From assembly GCA_032718475.1 (NCBI GenBank), contig JAUCBJ010006272.1, forward strand, positions 1-64,000: DNA of 64,000 nt, written 5' to 3'. Positions 38,330 through 51,188 of this stretch are shown piece by piece. Numbering within the stretch: the stretch's first letter is position 1; each line of letters starts with the position of its first letter. The notes beneath the pieces were generated by a model. That model was not told the origin of the DNA. It saw nothing but the letters and a program-made list of their open reading frames with translations, and searched no databases. The position numbers and the translations under genes were made by a program. This DNA comes from Nemertoderma westbladi (lineage: Eukaryota; Animalia; Xenacoelomorpha).

Positions 38330-38656
38330 GTGTACCAGTATAAAAGTGGAAGGATAAAAAATAAGAAAGAAACAGCCTTCAAAAAGAGAAACCTAAACCC
38401 AACATACAATGAAACCTTTAACTTTAATGTACAAGCTAAAGATCTTAAAAATACTTGTTTCAAAATCATTGTCAAAGACAAAGATCCAATTAAATCCGAT
38501 GATACCATTGGTTCGATACTACTTGGACGTAAGAGTCATACACTAGAGATGTCGCATTGGGCAAAGATGGTTATGAATAGAGATAGTCACCAGATTATGT
38601 GGCACAGCTTACGGCAGCCAGGCAGAACGAGAAAACCTTCTGTGCATAACTATTAA
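38330..38656 (+). CDS. Synaptotagmin-like gene B, exon 6 (stop)
   Basis: tttag|GTG; KKET..KKRNLNPTYNETFNF, KDKDPIKSDDTIG, WHSL. Confidence 0.9.
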   Translation: MYQYKSGRIKNKKETAFKKRNLNPTYNETFNFNVQAKDLKNTCFKIIVKDKDPIKSDDTIGSILLGRKSHTLEMSHWAKMVMNRDSHQIMWHSLRQPGRTRKPSVHNY

Positions 38657-38700
38657 TTTTTTGGTGTGCCTTGTAGCAATAGGTTTTTTAATATGATTAT

Positions 38701-40816
38701 TTATTGATTAAGTTAGTAAATGATGCAATACTCGAATCGACCGAAACAATCCCCCTCCGCCGAGCCCATGGTAAACATTGGTTCGATTCTGACTGTCAGC
38801 GACTAAAGGGAACCTTAGTTGAGTCAATGAAGAAGAGGAACGACTCTGACTCCGATAAACTCGCTTTCTGGGAACAACGAAAACAATACAACTTACACTT
38901 ACACTTACAAACTTATACTTAGGAAACTTATAGGAAAAACCCTGGCTTTTATTCAGAGACTACAAGCCTAATGTTGCCCCTATAGATGCTTCCCGCCTTG
39001 AGTCCCACTTTCGGAATTTACTTGGAACCCGGGTGGATCCTCCTAACTGTGAACCCATCCCAGTCACCACGGAACACGAGCGTAGCGCCCCCGAATGGTA
39101 CAACGAGACATTCTAGAAAAACACCGAAGTTCTCACAACCATTAATGCTTCGGCAAACAACAAAGCAAATGGCCCGGATAAAATATTTTACGAGCATCTT
39201 AAACAGGCTGCATATATTAATAACTCTACTCTATAATGTGTGCCTCAATACAGCGAAACTCCCTTCGATCTGGAAAACCAGCGTAATCAATATTATATAT
39301 AAAGGCAAAGGTGACGTGATTAAATCCGGATAACTATCGCGGTATTGCCCTGATCTGTGTGACCCTCAAGATACTAACCTCGCTAATAAATAATCGGGTT
39401 AGGCAATTCATCTCTCATTATCTTCCTCCAGAACAGTACGGTTTCCTTCCGGGTAAGTTAACCAAACAAACCATTTCCCAACTTATCGATGACATATCCG
39501 CCGGTTTCCGTTCCCCTTCACGGCAGCAACGTATAATATACGCGGCTTTTATAGATTTCCGTAAGGCGTTCGACATGGTCCCCCGCACTAAACTACTTTA
39601 CAAAATCTACACCGCAGGTATCAAAGGGAAGGTTTACGATCTAATAAAGGAGCTACTCGACAACAGTTTTAGAGTTTTCGATGGAATTCGCTTCTCGAGT
39701 ATTATCCAACAGTTGCGTGGCATTCTTCAAGGAGACTGCCTTTCTCCAACCTTGTTCATTATATTTATTGCTGACCTCGCAGCCATTATCCGTTCAGCAG
39801 GCATTGCCATTATTAAATTCCTGTTCTATGCCGACGATCTCATTATCTACTCGAACAATAAGGAGGATATACAGGCATGTTTAACTGCGCTCCATGGATG
39901 GTGCCTCTCCAATGGAATGGAAGTTAACTTGGTTAAGACCAAAGTAATTAAATTCCGTAAAGGAGGCCGCCTCGCTGCCAACAACAACTTCACTTACGGG
40001 GCCAACCCAGTTGTTATAGCGAGCAGCTACGAATACCTCGGGGTCGTTCTGCAGTCTTCGCTCTCCTTCACACGACACATCCAGCATAAAAAAAGAAAGC
40101 GCCTCCATAGTAACTGGTTCACTAAACCATCTCCATCTACTATCAATATCTACAGGTATATCAATATTCAATATGAAAATTGCCCCATTGGTTACTTACT
40201 CATTTAAAGAAATCGGCCGATTTTACACTCTCGCTAATCTTAAAGAAATCGATAAAATTAAAAACAAATATTTAAAGCGAATGCTCTCATTACACTCATC
40301 AACCTCTTCCACTCTAGTGTTGCATTTAACTCAAGAAAAATCATTCGTTGAGACCATACTCACCTCCAGCCCCAATATATTCGACACCAATATCGTTTCG
40401 AATAACCGCAGTTACCGCCGTGAACGCGAGCTAAACTTCAACAATGAAGGATACCAGCGTGGTCCAGGTTTCCAATCCGAAATCTGGAAACGCTCCGGAC
40501 AACGTAATCGACACGTTGTTACGAGGGCAACCGCCCACGGGTTTCACTTCCGTGTCTGCTCAACCCGCTACACCGTTCCACGAACTCACATCCACCTGCT
40601 GCTGTAAATACTGCGGCGAGCCCTGCGATGACCGTTACCACGTGCTCGTCTGTGCGATGTGCCCACCGCTGTCACAACTGGCTGCTTTATAGTCATCTTC
40701 CAGTTAACTTTATCAAACTTAATATTTATTTTACAAGTGAACGACCTTTTACTGTGTTTTTATAATTCATTTTACCGCCTCTTTACCCCACCCGGGGTGT
40801 ATTGAAATATATTTTA
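38701..40816 (+). mobile_element. 5'-truncated, frameshifted LINE related to 11500-13329, inserted 44 bp after the gene B stop codon
   Basis: RT fragments (FIDFRKAFD, QGDCLSP, YADD, GYQRGPGF, DRYHVL.C); 13-bp TSD TTAATATGATTAT at 38688-38700 and 40817-40829. Confidence 0.85.
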
Positions 40817-41235
40817 TTAATATGATTATATTATACAGTATATAATTTAATAGTAATAATAATTTAGTATGATAAATTTATAATTATTTGAAAATATAAT
40901 TTGAAAATTATATATTTATATATTTATTATATACAAAGACCAAAATTGGTACAGTACAACCTGACTGGGGATGTATATACAGTATATATATTAAACCAAT
41001 TAGAAATCCTCAATAATATTTATTATATATATATATATATATATTTTTACATTATAGATTTTTTATATTTATATATTATGTATTATTAGTTGGAAGGTTT
41101 TGTGTTTGTTTGTGTAATTTGTGCCGTAGCTTTAATATTTTTAATATTTGAAAATTAATATTAAACAATTCGAATATATAAATTGGATTTACCAGCCACC
41201 ATTTTTTTTAATTTTATCAGTGATCGGTAATCTAA

Positions 41236-44095
41236 CTACTAGGATCGGCATGCTGCATTGCAGTTACATTTTTAAGAATGCTATGCCAGCTTATCGACAA
41301 ATTTGCACCGCCACAACTCCCTATCACCCATGACATTTGCTAGATCATCCGCATCTTCAAGGCCAGTGTCCTTTAAGATGCGTCTCAAGAAAGTCATGGG
41401 CTGTCCACCATGCTTATTCACTCCATGAGGCTGCCAAAGTACAAGATTATGCACTGGTTGGTACTCACGGCGAAAGCAATGTCCTGCAAAGCAGAGGCGA
41501 TTTTGTTCTAGTGTCAAGCTTGGGGGAACCAATGAGACACCTCCAATGTTATATAGTGTCTGGTTGGAGATGTGTGTATTGTACTTGACACAATGAACCC
41601 GGCGTAGCATTCTTGTGAATGTGCCATCCAGAGATTTGGTGTCCTCAGCAGTGTGAGCCCAGCATGGACTCCCATAGAGGAGTACTGGAACTACTGCTGC
41701 TCTAAATAATCGGACCTTAAGTTTCCGATTAATTCTCGGTGACTTCCAAATCCTGGAAAGACTATTCAAGGCTGCCCATGCCTTTCCCTTACGTATTCGA
41801 AGGTCCTCACCTGACTTCCGGATCCATGATCCCAGGTAACAGAAGTCGTCCACATGCTCAAGCATACCATCTTTTGAGCTTATGCTCATCCGATCAGAGA
41901 AATCAGAGAAGATCTTTCAAAGTTAACTGTCAAAATTTTGGTCTTTCTGGAGTTAATAAAAAGACCAACACTAGAAGCAGCATGTTCTAATGAGCGGAGG
42001 AGCCATTGGGCTCCCTCTAGTGATTCTGAGAGTACTCCTAAGTCATCAGCAAAGTCTAGATCAGTTGAGTTAGGTACTTGGCAGGATTTCCTCGACTTCT
42101 GGAGCCAGTAGGTGGAGTTATCATCACCCCATCATCATTATGATGATCTAAGGACATGCGTAGAACATAGTCAACCACAATTATGAACAAGAATGGTGCA
42201 AGTGTGTCTCCCTGGAGGACTCCCCATAGCACTTCAAATGGTTCTGTGTCACCATCAACAGTAGACACAAATGTTGTCGAACCATCGTATACTGATATGA
42301 TTGCTGCAATAATTTCATCAGGAATCCCATATAATGAAAGTATGCTGAACATACGTGAGCGAGAGACTGAATCAAAGGCCTTGAAGAAGTCAACAAAGAT
42401 AACAGCCAGATAGATGCCTGTATTTCTTTTTTGATAACTCTTCAATTATCCTTATAAGTGCCAAAATGGGCTCCATGGTTCCAGGACCTTTACGGAACCC
42501 ATTCTGATTTCCACGGAGCAGTCTCTCAATGGTATCCCTGATGCGATTTAATAGAATTCTATTGTATAGCTTTGCAGCAATCGAGATCAATGAGATTCCC
42601 CGAAAAGAACCATAGAGTGTTAGGTTGCCCTTCTTGGGAACTGGCACCAACTTATTTGTTTTCATTTCTTGTGGGACTCTTGTTGTACGGTACATGTCTA
42701 CTATGATGGGGTAGATGAGCTTTAAACACTCAGGTATTTTAAAGACCTCAGGGGGAACACCATCTACTCCACTGGCACGATTGGTCTTAATGCTCTTTGC
42801 AGCAGCCTTCACTTCTGCAAAGGAGATATCGCCAATGGGAATATCTAGGAGTACAGACTCAGACACTTTTACTTCTATAAAGTTATCAGGCAATACCCTG
42901 TCATTATTGAGGAGCTTTTCAAAGTGGGCCTTCCAACCATTGAGGCGATCGGCTGGTGATTCAGCCTTAACCTTGGTGGTTGGTTGGCTTTTCCACCCAG
43001 TAAGCAAGTTGATCGATTTCCATGCCTGGGATGATTGCCTGCTGTCGTCAGCATCATTGATGGCATCAACCTGTTGGTTTATTAGCTCCTGTAGAATAAC
43101 AGAGTACTGCCTGTTCAGGGACCTAGATGCAGCCTTATCTGCATTCTTGGCCGCTGTAGTCTGTTTGAGTCGGGACTCTTTCTGCGCCTTATATAGGCCA
43201 TTTCGGCATTTCTGGATTTTGTTGTCAGTCCAGGGGGCCCTTTTCCTGTTTCGAGGGTATACAGGAACTGTTTCTGCAGCTGCTAACCTAACTGCTTCTG
43301 TGAAGGCAGTATAGCCCTCACAGTGATCTGCCGCCTCAGAGGCAAGAACCTCATACCTGTTGCTCAGCTGTAGTGTGAAGCTGGATCTCACACTTGGGTG
43401 TTGCAACAGAGAGGACCAGTCATGCCGCGGCAAGGCAGATTTCGTTGTTCTGCTAGCACGCAGACTAAGTCTTACCTTGGCCACAATAAGGCGGTTATCA
43501 CTGGAGAAGGGTCGAAGTGTAAATGCATTACAGTCTTGTATAGAGCTCCTGTACTTCCTACGAAACAGAATAATGGTCTATCTGGGACTTGTGACCACTG
43601 GGTCCACTATGAGTCCATAGCTTTCCAGTTCGCTTCTTGAACTGGGTTGCAGTCGAAAACAATCCATTTCCAGAGATAAAATCCTGAAGATGACGGAATT
43701 TCGGTTGACACTATTGCTATAGACCCAGGGCGATGTAGGTGATTGATGCAGACTTGCATTAAAGTCTCCCAGGAATGTTAAGAATGCATGCTGATCCACT
43801 CCATCAGTAGCTGCTTGTAGATTGTGGTAGAAATTTTCCACCTCCTCTACAGGGGCAACACTAGTTGGAGAGTAGCACACAATCAGAACAACCTTAGGAA
43901 ACTTCTTAGCCAGTCTTCTAGAACATGAGAAGTGGCAACGGATGATGCGGTTAGAGATTTGGTCTATTTTGTCCAATGCTGCATGTGCAGTTGGATTCAT
44001 CAATTAGACCAATACCACCATTGCCACTATCATCTGCTGACGCGAGGGCGAGTCGCCAACCGCCCCCCATGTCCTTAATCTTATCAGTAATCCAA
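41236..44095 (-). mobile_element. RTE-clade LINE (AP endonuclease + RT), frameshifted, 5'-truncated
   Basis: ORF pieces 43578-44003 (YSPT, LGDFNA), 42390-43484 (RGISL, QNGFRKG), 42056-42445 (FVDF.KAFDS, QGDTLAPFLF), 41281-41889 (FCYLGS, LLYGS, FAGHC); short TAG-repeat tail. Confidence 0.85.
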
Positions 44096-44299
44096 ACCTT
44101 TTAATTAATATTTAAGTTAAACGAGTGGTAAAGGCGGTTCTACCACAGTACTGGGTATGCACTGCGCCCTGCACGTGTTATAAGTTGGTTTCCATTATCA
44201 CAGGAAAATATTTCGCATATCCACATTCGAAGTTACCACTGTAAATTCCCAAAGAAGATGTGTGAGAACTTGTTTACAAATAAAGTAGCGGAACTGCTA

Positions 44300-45900
44300 T
44301 ACACTTTTCCTATAATTCAAAACACTTTTTAATTTTTTGAAAAATGGTGTCCTGGGAAACGCTATAAAAGGCTCTACAGTCTTACTATTGTCTTCCTAAT
44401 AGTAAAACTGTTTTAAAAGCATTGGGAAGTTTTCGAGTTATAGCACATTTTTTAACCCTACTTTTGGTACTTTTTTTCGACGTTTATTGAAAATTACATT
44501 TTATACATCTCTATTTTTTACTTGCATCGGTTTTTTGGTGTTCGCAATTGTTGGAATTCATATAAATAAGCTAAAAATTTCAAATTTGTTTCTAACGGCG
44601 GGTGCCAAATTTTGGTGCCAGCACCAATAGTTTTGAAATGTCAAATTCGTAAATTGATTGTTTGAAACTGTTTTTTGCGCAATGGGGATTTTTGGGGTTC
44701 TGGTTTCGATGGAATATATACGAGTTGTAACAGACATATCATAATTGTAATTTTCGGAGCTGGGTGCAGAATTTGGTGCTAGCACGAAATCTTAAAAATC
44801 CATTTAATAGTTCAATTGATTGTGACAACTTATTTCTCTCATTTCAGAGGTTTATGGGGGTTCTGAATTCAATGGAATAAATAAATATCTAACTAGAGAT
44901 CTCAAACTTCTATTTTTCGGAAGTGGGTACGAAATTTGTTGCTAGCACCAAATTTTGAAACCCTTCAAATATATCAATTGATTGTGTCGCCTTGTTTCTT
45001 GCTTTATACGGGTTTGTGAGGGTTCTGAATTCAATGGAATAAGTAAAAATTGCATAAGATTTTTCAAACATTTTTCGCCGGTCGGTCAAAATTGTTGTGC
45101 CAGAACCAAATTTTTGAAAATAAGCAAATTGATAAATCATCTTGTTTCTTGCTTTATACGGGTTTGTCTTGAAATCAATGGAATCAATAAAAACAGCACT
45201 TGGCATCTCAATGGTTATCTCTTTTTGGTGATGGGTACGAAATTGGGTGCTAGTACAGAATTTTGCCATATTAAGTCGAAAAATACGAGTAGAAGTGATC
45301 TGGAGCATTAGAAATGTATTCCATTAGATTCGTGGCCCCAGAAAACCTGGAAATGTGAATTTATAGCATTGTATTAGTAAATTAAAATTTTTGTGTTCAT
45401 ACTGAAAAAAGTGCTGGTTACGCGGTACTAGATTTTATTTCATTATTTGCCTACGTAGAGGACTAATACTGCTATTTATAGTAGGGCCTAATCAGATCAA
45501 TTTTAAATATTTTCCAATGGATTCAACGCCCTAGATAACCTGTATTATTTGCTGAAAATTGCTACTTTGAAATTTTTTGAGAGTTGTTCACTACTTGAAA
45601 TTTTGGTGCTTCAATAAATACCGCAGTAAATTTTTCGAAAATATTTTTTTCGTTCTGAACCAGACCAGCGAAATCTACGTACAAACAAAAAATCAGAATT
45701 TAGAGAGACAATGTGAAGTATACCAGACTTTCTGCTGTTATATTTTACTGTAACTAAAATGGTTACTCACACAAATCTTATTGGGCGAAGGTTGCTCGCG
45801 GGCGAAGATTGCCTTGCGGGCGAAGGTTTCCCCGGGCGGAGGATGGACGCGGGCGAAGATTGGACACGGGCGAAGGTTGTACGCGGGCGAAAGTTGCACC
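44300..45900. mobile_element. Probable non-autonomous DNA element with internal repeats
   Basis: Repeated gggttctgaattcaatggaata / tggtgctagcac motifs and six (c)gggcgaag motifs at 45782-45891; termini not resolved. Confidence 0.35.
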
Positions 45901-48843
45901 CAATCGTATTTGTATAACATTATATAGCCCGGTGCTACTATTAGGGTCAATTAAGAATACTGAGCTCTGACTCGTCTGGGGTAATCATTAATAATGGAGA
46001 TATCCCAGTTACTGTATGATAGTAGGCCTAATGCAAATACATGAGCTCCTGATATAAAACCACCTGCATTTCAAGAAAAGCCGCACTTTGAAAGCAACGG
46101 AAATTATAAGTATATTACTGTATATGAATGGGACATATAAGCAGATACGCCAGTAGGCCCTACCGCGTATGGGAACAATGAGGAGATACAATAGTTACAC
46201 CATTACATGTTACAGGTAGGCCTGTTAGGTTGAAAATTATCTAAGTTTTTGTCAGGGCAAGTTAGAAGTTAAGTCATAAGCAATCTATGGTATGGATTCA
46301 GTAATAATCGATGGGGCAATATAAGTAAACAATGTATGCTTTGACCGATTAAAATACTCTATAATATAATACTGTATAGTTGTAATTTCACCTGCCTAAC
46401 CCGCTAACCGTATACTATATGCAAATAGAGGATCAGCTGTGCGGCCGCACTACGGAGACCGTCTGCAAATTGCCAATTGGAGATTGTGGTGTCGTTTAAG
46501 CCTTCCCATAGGGTTAGGCTACTGTTAAATTAATATTGGAAAATTAGTGCCTAGAAGTAAAAGTTTTAATGTAAACTGTGTTCCTAAATTAAGTTTATTG
46601 TTTTGGTTAGAAAAGGCTGCCATTTTAACCTGTTACTTTCCTTTCCTTCCTTTTCTAACCTGTTACTTTACATACCTTAAATATCGCTAAATTAATTAAG
46701 TTAATATAGGCTGAAATGGCATCCCATGTGAGCTAATGCTATAATTGTTTGTGCTCTATGCACTACTGTTCACGTTCAGTGTTCATAACGAACAGGAGAT
46801 ATTTACACTCAATTACATGGGCCAGCAAACAGTTGGGCACACCAGGTAAAAGTAATGCACTAATGCAGCATATTGAACTAATATATGTAACATTATCAGG
46901 GGTTTCAGCAGTTAGCATCTAATGAGCTTACAGTGTCGCTGCAATGGATTTGCTGTACTGGTAAAACCTAAACCGATTTACACCCCCCCCCCCCCCCCCC
47001 CCCCCCCCTCGCCCTTTATCTCCAACTCTCTCTTACTCTAGTAGGCGATATGGATGCTATGACAGGGGCATGTACATTTATTCTCGGTCCTTCTGAATGG
47101 CTGCTACGTACCGGATTGCAGCTACTACTGGCTAGGCTCTGTACTCCTCCTCATATGCAGATGACCGGGATTCCGCTTACTGCCTCACAACACAATTTCC
47201 TCAGTACATCGTCAGCGCGTCATCCAATTAAAAGCTTGATTTTTAAACAATAATATAACATTAGAACGGAGGTTGGCTTAGCTTCCTTTTCATAACATAT
47301 AATAACAATTGCATGAAAATACAATTTCTACTTCCTAGAAATACAATTTCGACTTAAAAGGTGCAGTATAATTCACTATTTTTGCTATACTCATATAATT
47401 AACTTTATTTCCTGTATTCCAGTATTTGAATTAAATTTATTTTTTACAAAATTATATAGTCCATCTGTCCATGAATGTTATGCCTTTATGCCATAATGTA
47501 CTATAATAATAGTAAATATTATACAGTAATGTTTGGGACAATTATTTTAAAAGTTTTTAATCTTTAAAAAATTAATTTTTGGTATTCTATCGTGTTAAAT
47601 ATTATAGAATGTTAGGCAATGTAATTATTTCGATTGGTCGTAAAAAATATTGAATTTGCTAGCTATACCAAAGTATTGACTTTCTATAAATTTCGACATT
47701 AATTGAGAATATATTTGGAACTCGTTACGGAACTATCGCTGGCCCGAATATTGTCTGAAAATATGCTACCAGTGTTCTTGAGTTATAGTGTATTGTTTTG
47801 GTTAGAAAAAGCCGCCACTGTAACCTGCTCCTTTCCCTTATTTCATCAATTGGAAAGGCAGGTTTACGCGAGAATACAAGGCAAAAAATTTACTACTCCA
47901 TATCTCCCGCCATCCCAACATTGTAACACTTACATAGTTCGCTTTCAGCTACAGTATGTAACAGACGTTTCAGGATTGTCACAGTCTGACGTTTTCTCTC
48001 ACCAGCCTGATTCCACCAAACTAGGTCATGCACAAACTGATCAGTTCTTCTGTGGCAGTGGCCGTCAAGTCATATCCGTAGTGCCAGCGGGGTGATACTG
48101 GGTTATGTAGATTGTACCATGACTCAATTGTATGTGCACGATTGATCAGACAGGATTCGAGTTTATTGTGTTGTCATATTATCAGGAGACCATAATTAGA
48201 TCACTGTAGTAATTAATACATCATTTTTGTTTTAAATTGCGAATAAGAAAGCAAAATGTTATGGGGTGAGTGGGGGGCTCTGGTTTCGGGGGTCCGTTAA
48301 TTAACCAATGGATAGTAAAACCAATAACAGTAATAATTTTAGCAAAGAGGATTATTGGATGTTCCTTCTTTATACCATTACTGGTTTTACTTACTGATAT
48401 TGATCCTAGAGGAATAATCCTTAATATATCGGTCATTCTAACTGTTCCATCTGTCGCCTTTCTGCTTCTACTTTTACCGGTTCGTAACCATGGTGTTGCG
48501 GTATTGGGACTCACATATTTACCACGCGTTTGTTGAGTGGTTTATACTTCGGTTGCCATCACCTCTCCTATGACCTCTCCTTATTTGGGACGGCAACCTA
48601 CCGGCTAACTGTGCGAGCGGATTCTATTACACACCAGTCTGGGCGCCCATGTGGAGAATACCAGGATTTCACTTTTCGATCGACTTTTTATTGGAATTTC
48701 ATGAAGATTTTTTATTTTTTTTAATTTATCTTTATTAAGTGTTTTATAGCGCTTATTTCTGTCTTATAACCTGTACATATACTAATTCGTTTATTGTTTT
48801 GGTTAGTTTCAGCCCTTCTGTAACCTGGTATTCTTCACATGGG

Positions 48844-49132
48844 GGTAACTGCAAAGTGAAATATAACGGAAGAAAGTCTGGTATTCTTTACATGAAAATC
48901 GACAAGCGGCCTTTAGGGAGGAGTTAATGTACATAAACGTATAATAAAATAAAAACTTCTGGGGTCTTTCCTCCGATTATATTATAATTATAGTTAATTC
49001 AGTAATTAATGCATTTAAATCCAATATTTCATGCGCCTACGTCCTTCTTCAGGGAAGTAGGTCCTTAGGAATTCTAATTTTAATAATTATAATATAATCG
49101 GAGGAAAGACCCTAGAAGTTTTTATCTTATTA
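48844..49132. mobile_element. Short foldback insertion, Penelope-like, flanked by a 15-bp direct repeat
   Basis: TATTCTTCACATGGG at 48829-48843 and 49133-49147; inverted arms about 48940-49000 / 49068-49132; degenerate hammerhead-like CTGAAGA..GAAA on the minus strand in the loop. Confidence 0.5.
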
Positions 49133-49397
49133 TATTCTTCACATGGGCTGATTATTTTGTTTCTTAAATGATTTCATCTGGGCAAAGACAATGAAAATAT
49201 AAGAAATATTTGCCACCGACATTATAAAAATTTACAGAACTGAATTCATTAGTTAATTAATTTAATACTGTAATTACTAATCACATTTATTATTATTTTT
49301 ATTCCATAATATTAATTTATATTTTTATTATACTAATAGTAAATAAATAAATTTTCATGGCGCTTATTAGTAAACCTCACAGCACAACAACTTCATA

Positions 49398-49608
49398 ATG
49401 CCAATAAAACGGGGTAATGTCGCACCCCAGCACACCTTCATCGACCATATCCGACAGAAGTTCGAAGGACAGAACCGACATTTTGTTGTGGGTAACGCCG
49501 TAACTCATAACTACAACATTATCTTCTGTAACGACGGATTCACTGAGCTGACGGGGTTCTCTAGAGCGGAAGTCGTTCAAAAGAGCTGTCGTCTCGACTT
49601 CTTAGTTG
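49398..49608 (+). CDS. KCNH: KCNH (eag-family, erg-like) K+ channel, first coding exon: PAS-cap + start of PAS
   Basis: MPIKRGNVAPQHTF..KFEGQNRHFVVGNA..IIFCNDGF.EL.GFSRAEVVQKSC..DFL.G aligns by eye with hERG [39 protein letters not shown]; donor G|gtatgt at 49609. No further exons found in the window. Confidence 0.9.
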
Positions 49609-49749
49609 GTATGTAAAACAATTATATAATAACATTTAATGGTTGAAGGTGGTGGGCGAATAGGGGACAATATTTGGTGGGGGGGACATATATATGTCTG
49701 GCGGGAGTATCCCCCATAACAAAATTTCAAATATCTGGTTTGTATTTAA

Positions 49750-50645
49750 GGGGTTGGGGTAGCACCCCACCCCGTATTTTGGAAATAGTCAAAAAAAAAT
49801 TTTTACCCTATCATGTGGAGAATTTAATGGAGATTTCAAATCTGCAAGCAGTTTTCTCATATATTTTCCTAAACTCAAGTTAATAGCCAAAAGCGTAAGA
49901 GCTAGTCTGATCTTTGACAAGCCTTCGAGCAGCACGATATTTTACAAGTGAATAGAATAAGGCCAAGGCCTTTTTCATCAAAAAGGCTCTCATGGACATA
50001 TAAGAATAAAATTGCTAATAAGTTGTTGTATTAGTAATATGTTTAGCAAGCATGAAAAATTTCGTTGAATTTCATTCATTTTAAACAAAGTTATTGTTGA
50101 ACAAAGAAAAAAACCATTATTTAAAATAGCGGGAAGGTTTGAATTGTTCCTTAAACTTTAAACACCCATATCTCAGAATGACGTTTTATATTGACAAAGG
50201 TTATTTATCCGCTAATTTTAACTCAAATGAGTTGAAATGTGGTACACTTGTTCAGAATTCCCTTGTCCACAATACTTCTGAACAAATTTGGCTGGAAATG
50301 CCCTGGAGCCTTTTTACATCAAAAAGGCACAAAAAAGGCCCTTTTTAGACCCTTTTGATATAAAATGGTCCCAAACTATTTTCAGTTAAAAAGATTCAGA
50401 AGAATTGGATGCAAGGTTCTTCTGAACTTATATTCATAATTTCGATAAATTATTGGTGAAGAAATAGCCTTTGGCGAAAAAAGGCACTTTTGGCCATTAC
50501 AGAGCCATTTTGGGCCAATTTTAAAAATATTTGGTTTGGCTATTCTTAAAGAACCCAAACGATGTTTAGTAGCACAACAAATAATTTTCACCCAATTGTA
50601 GGGTCCAAAGATAACAATATGTGAGGTTACATTTGGGGGTGCTAA
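49750..50645. mobile_element. Second Kolobok-like MITE copy
   Basis: TTAA|GGGGTTGGGGTAGCACCCC ... GGGGGTGCTA; body homologous to 29955-30727, right end decayed. Confidence 0.7.
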
Positions 50646-51188
50646 GCCTCCGACTTAGTCTATACCAGAATTTAATGAGGATTTCAAATCTGTAAACGGC
50701 TTAGCGAAACCTAGTTCTCCAGTTGTCGCTGTAACTCACCTCCGCAATTCGGAAAAAATTTATTTCAGCCAATTTCCCCTCAAATTGAATGACATTTAGC
50801 ATTTTAACCGCTAATTGGGTTTCATTCAATGGCCACTAGGGGGCGAATGGCTTAATTAGAAACTTATCTGCTGATCGATGTAGATTCCTCAACCAATCTA
50901 CTTTTTCTAATGATAGTATTTGAAGATCGGGGCCAATCGGCACAGATCTTCAACTACTATAAATTCTGCAAAGATATATTTGATGGACTCTTCGTGCAGC
51001 ATGTTCGCGCTTTTAGACTTTTAGCAGTTTAACCTGCCAATTTTAGTTGTCCTCTTGTTTATAAATCGACTTTAGCCTATATCAATTATTTAGTGTACTG
51101 AAATTACATCAGCCGAAGCCAGTCTGTGCGCGACCATTCACCCACAGTTAAGGGAGACTGGATTCGGATGCTTTGATAGTAATTGCAG

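Noticed and set aside
50830-50845. CTCF-like motifs (TGGCCACTAGGGGGCG; also CCGCTAGATGGCGC at 1363)
   Set aside because: Isolated short matches, likely in repeats; no supporting evidence from sequence alone.
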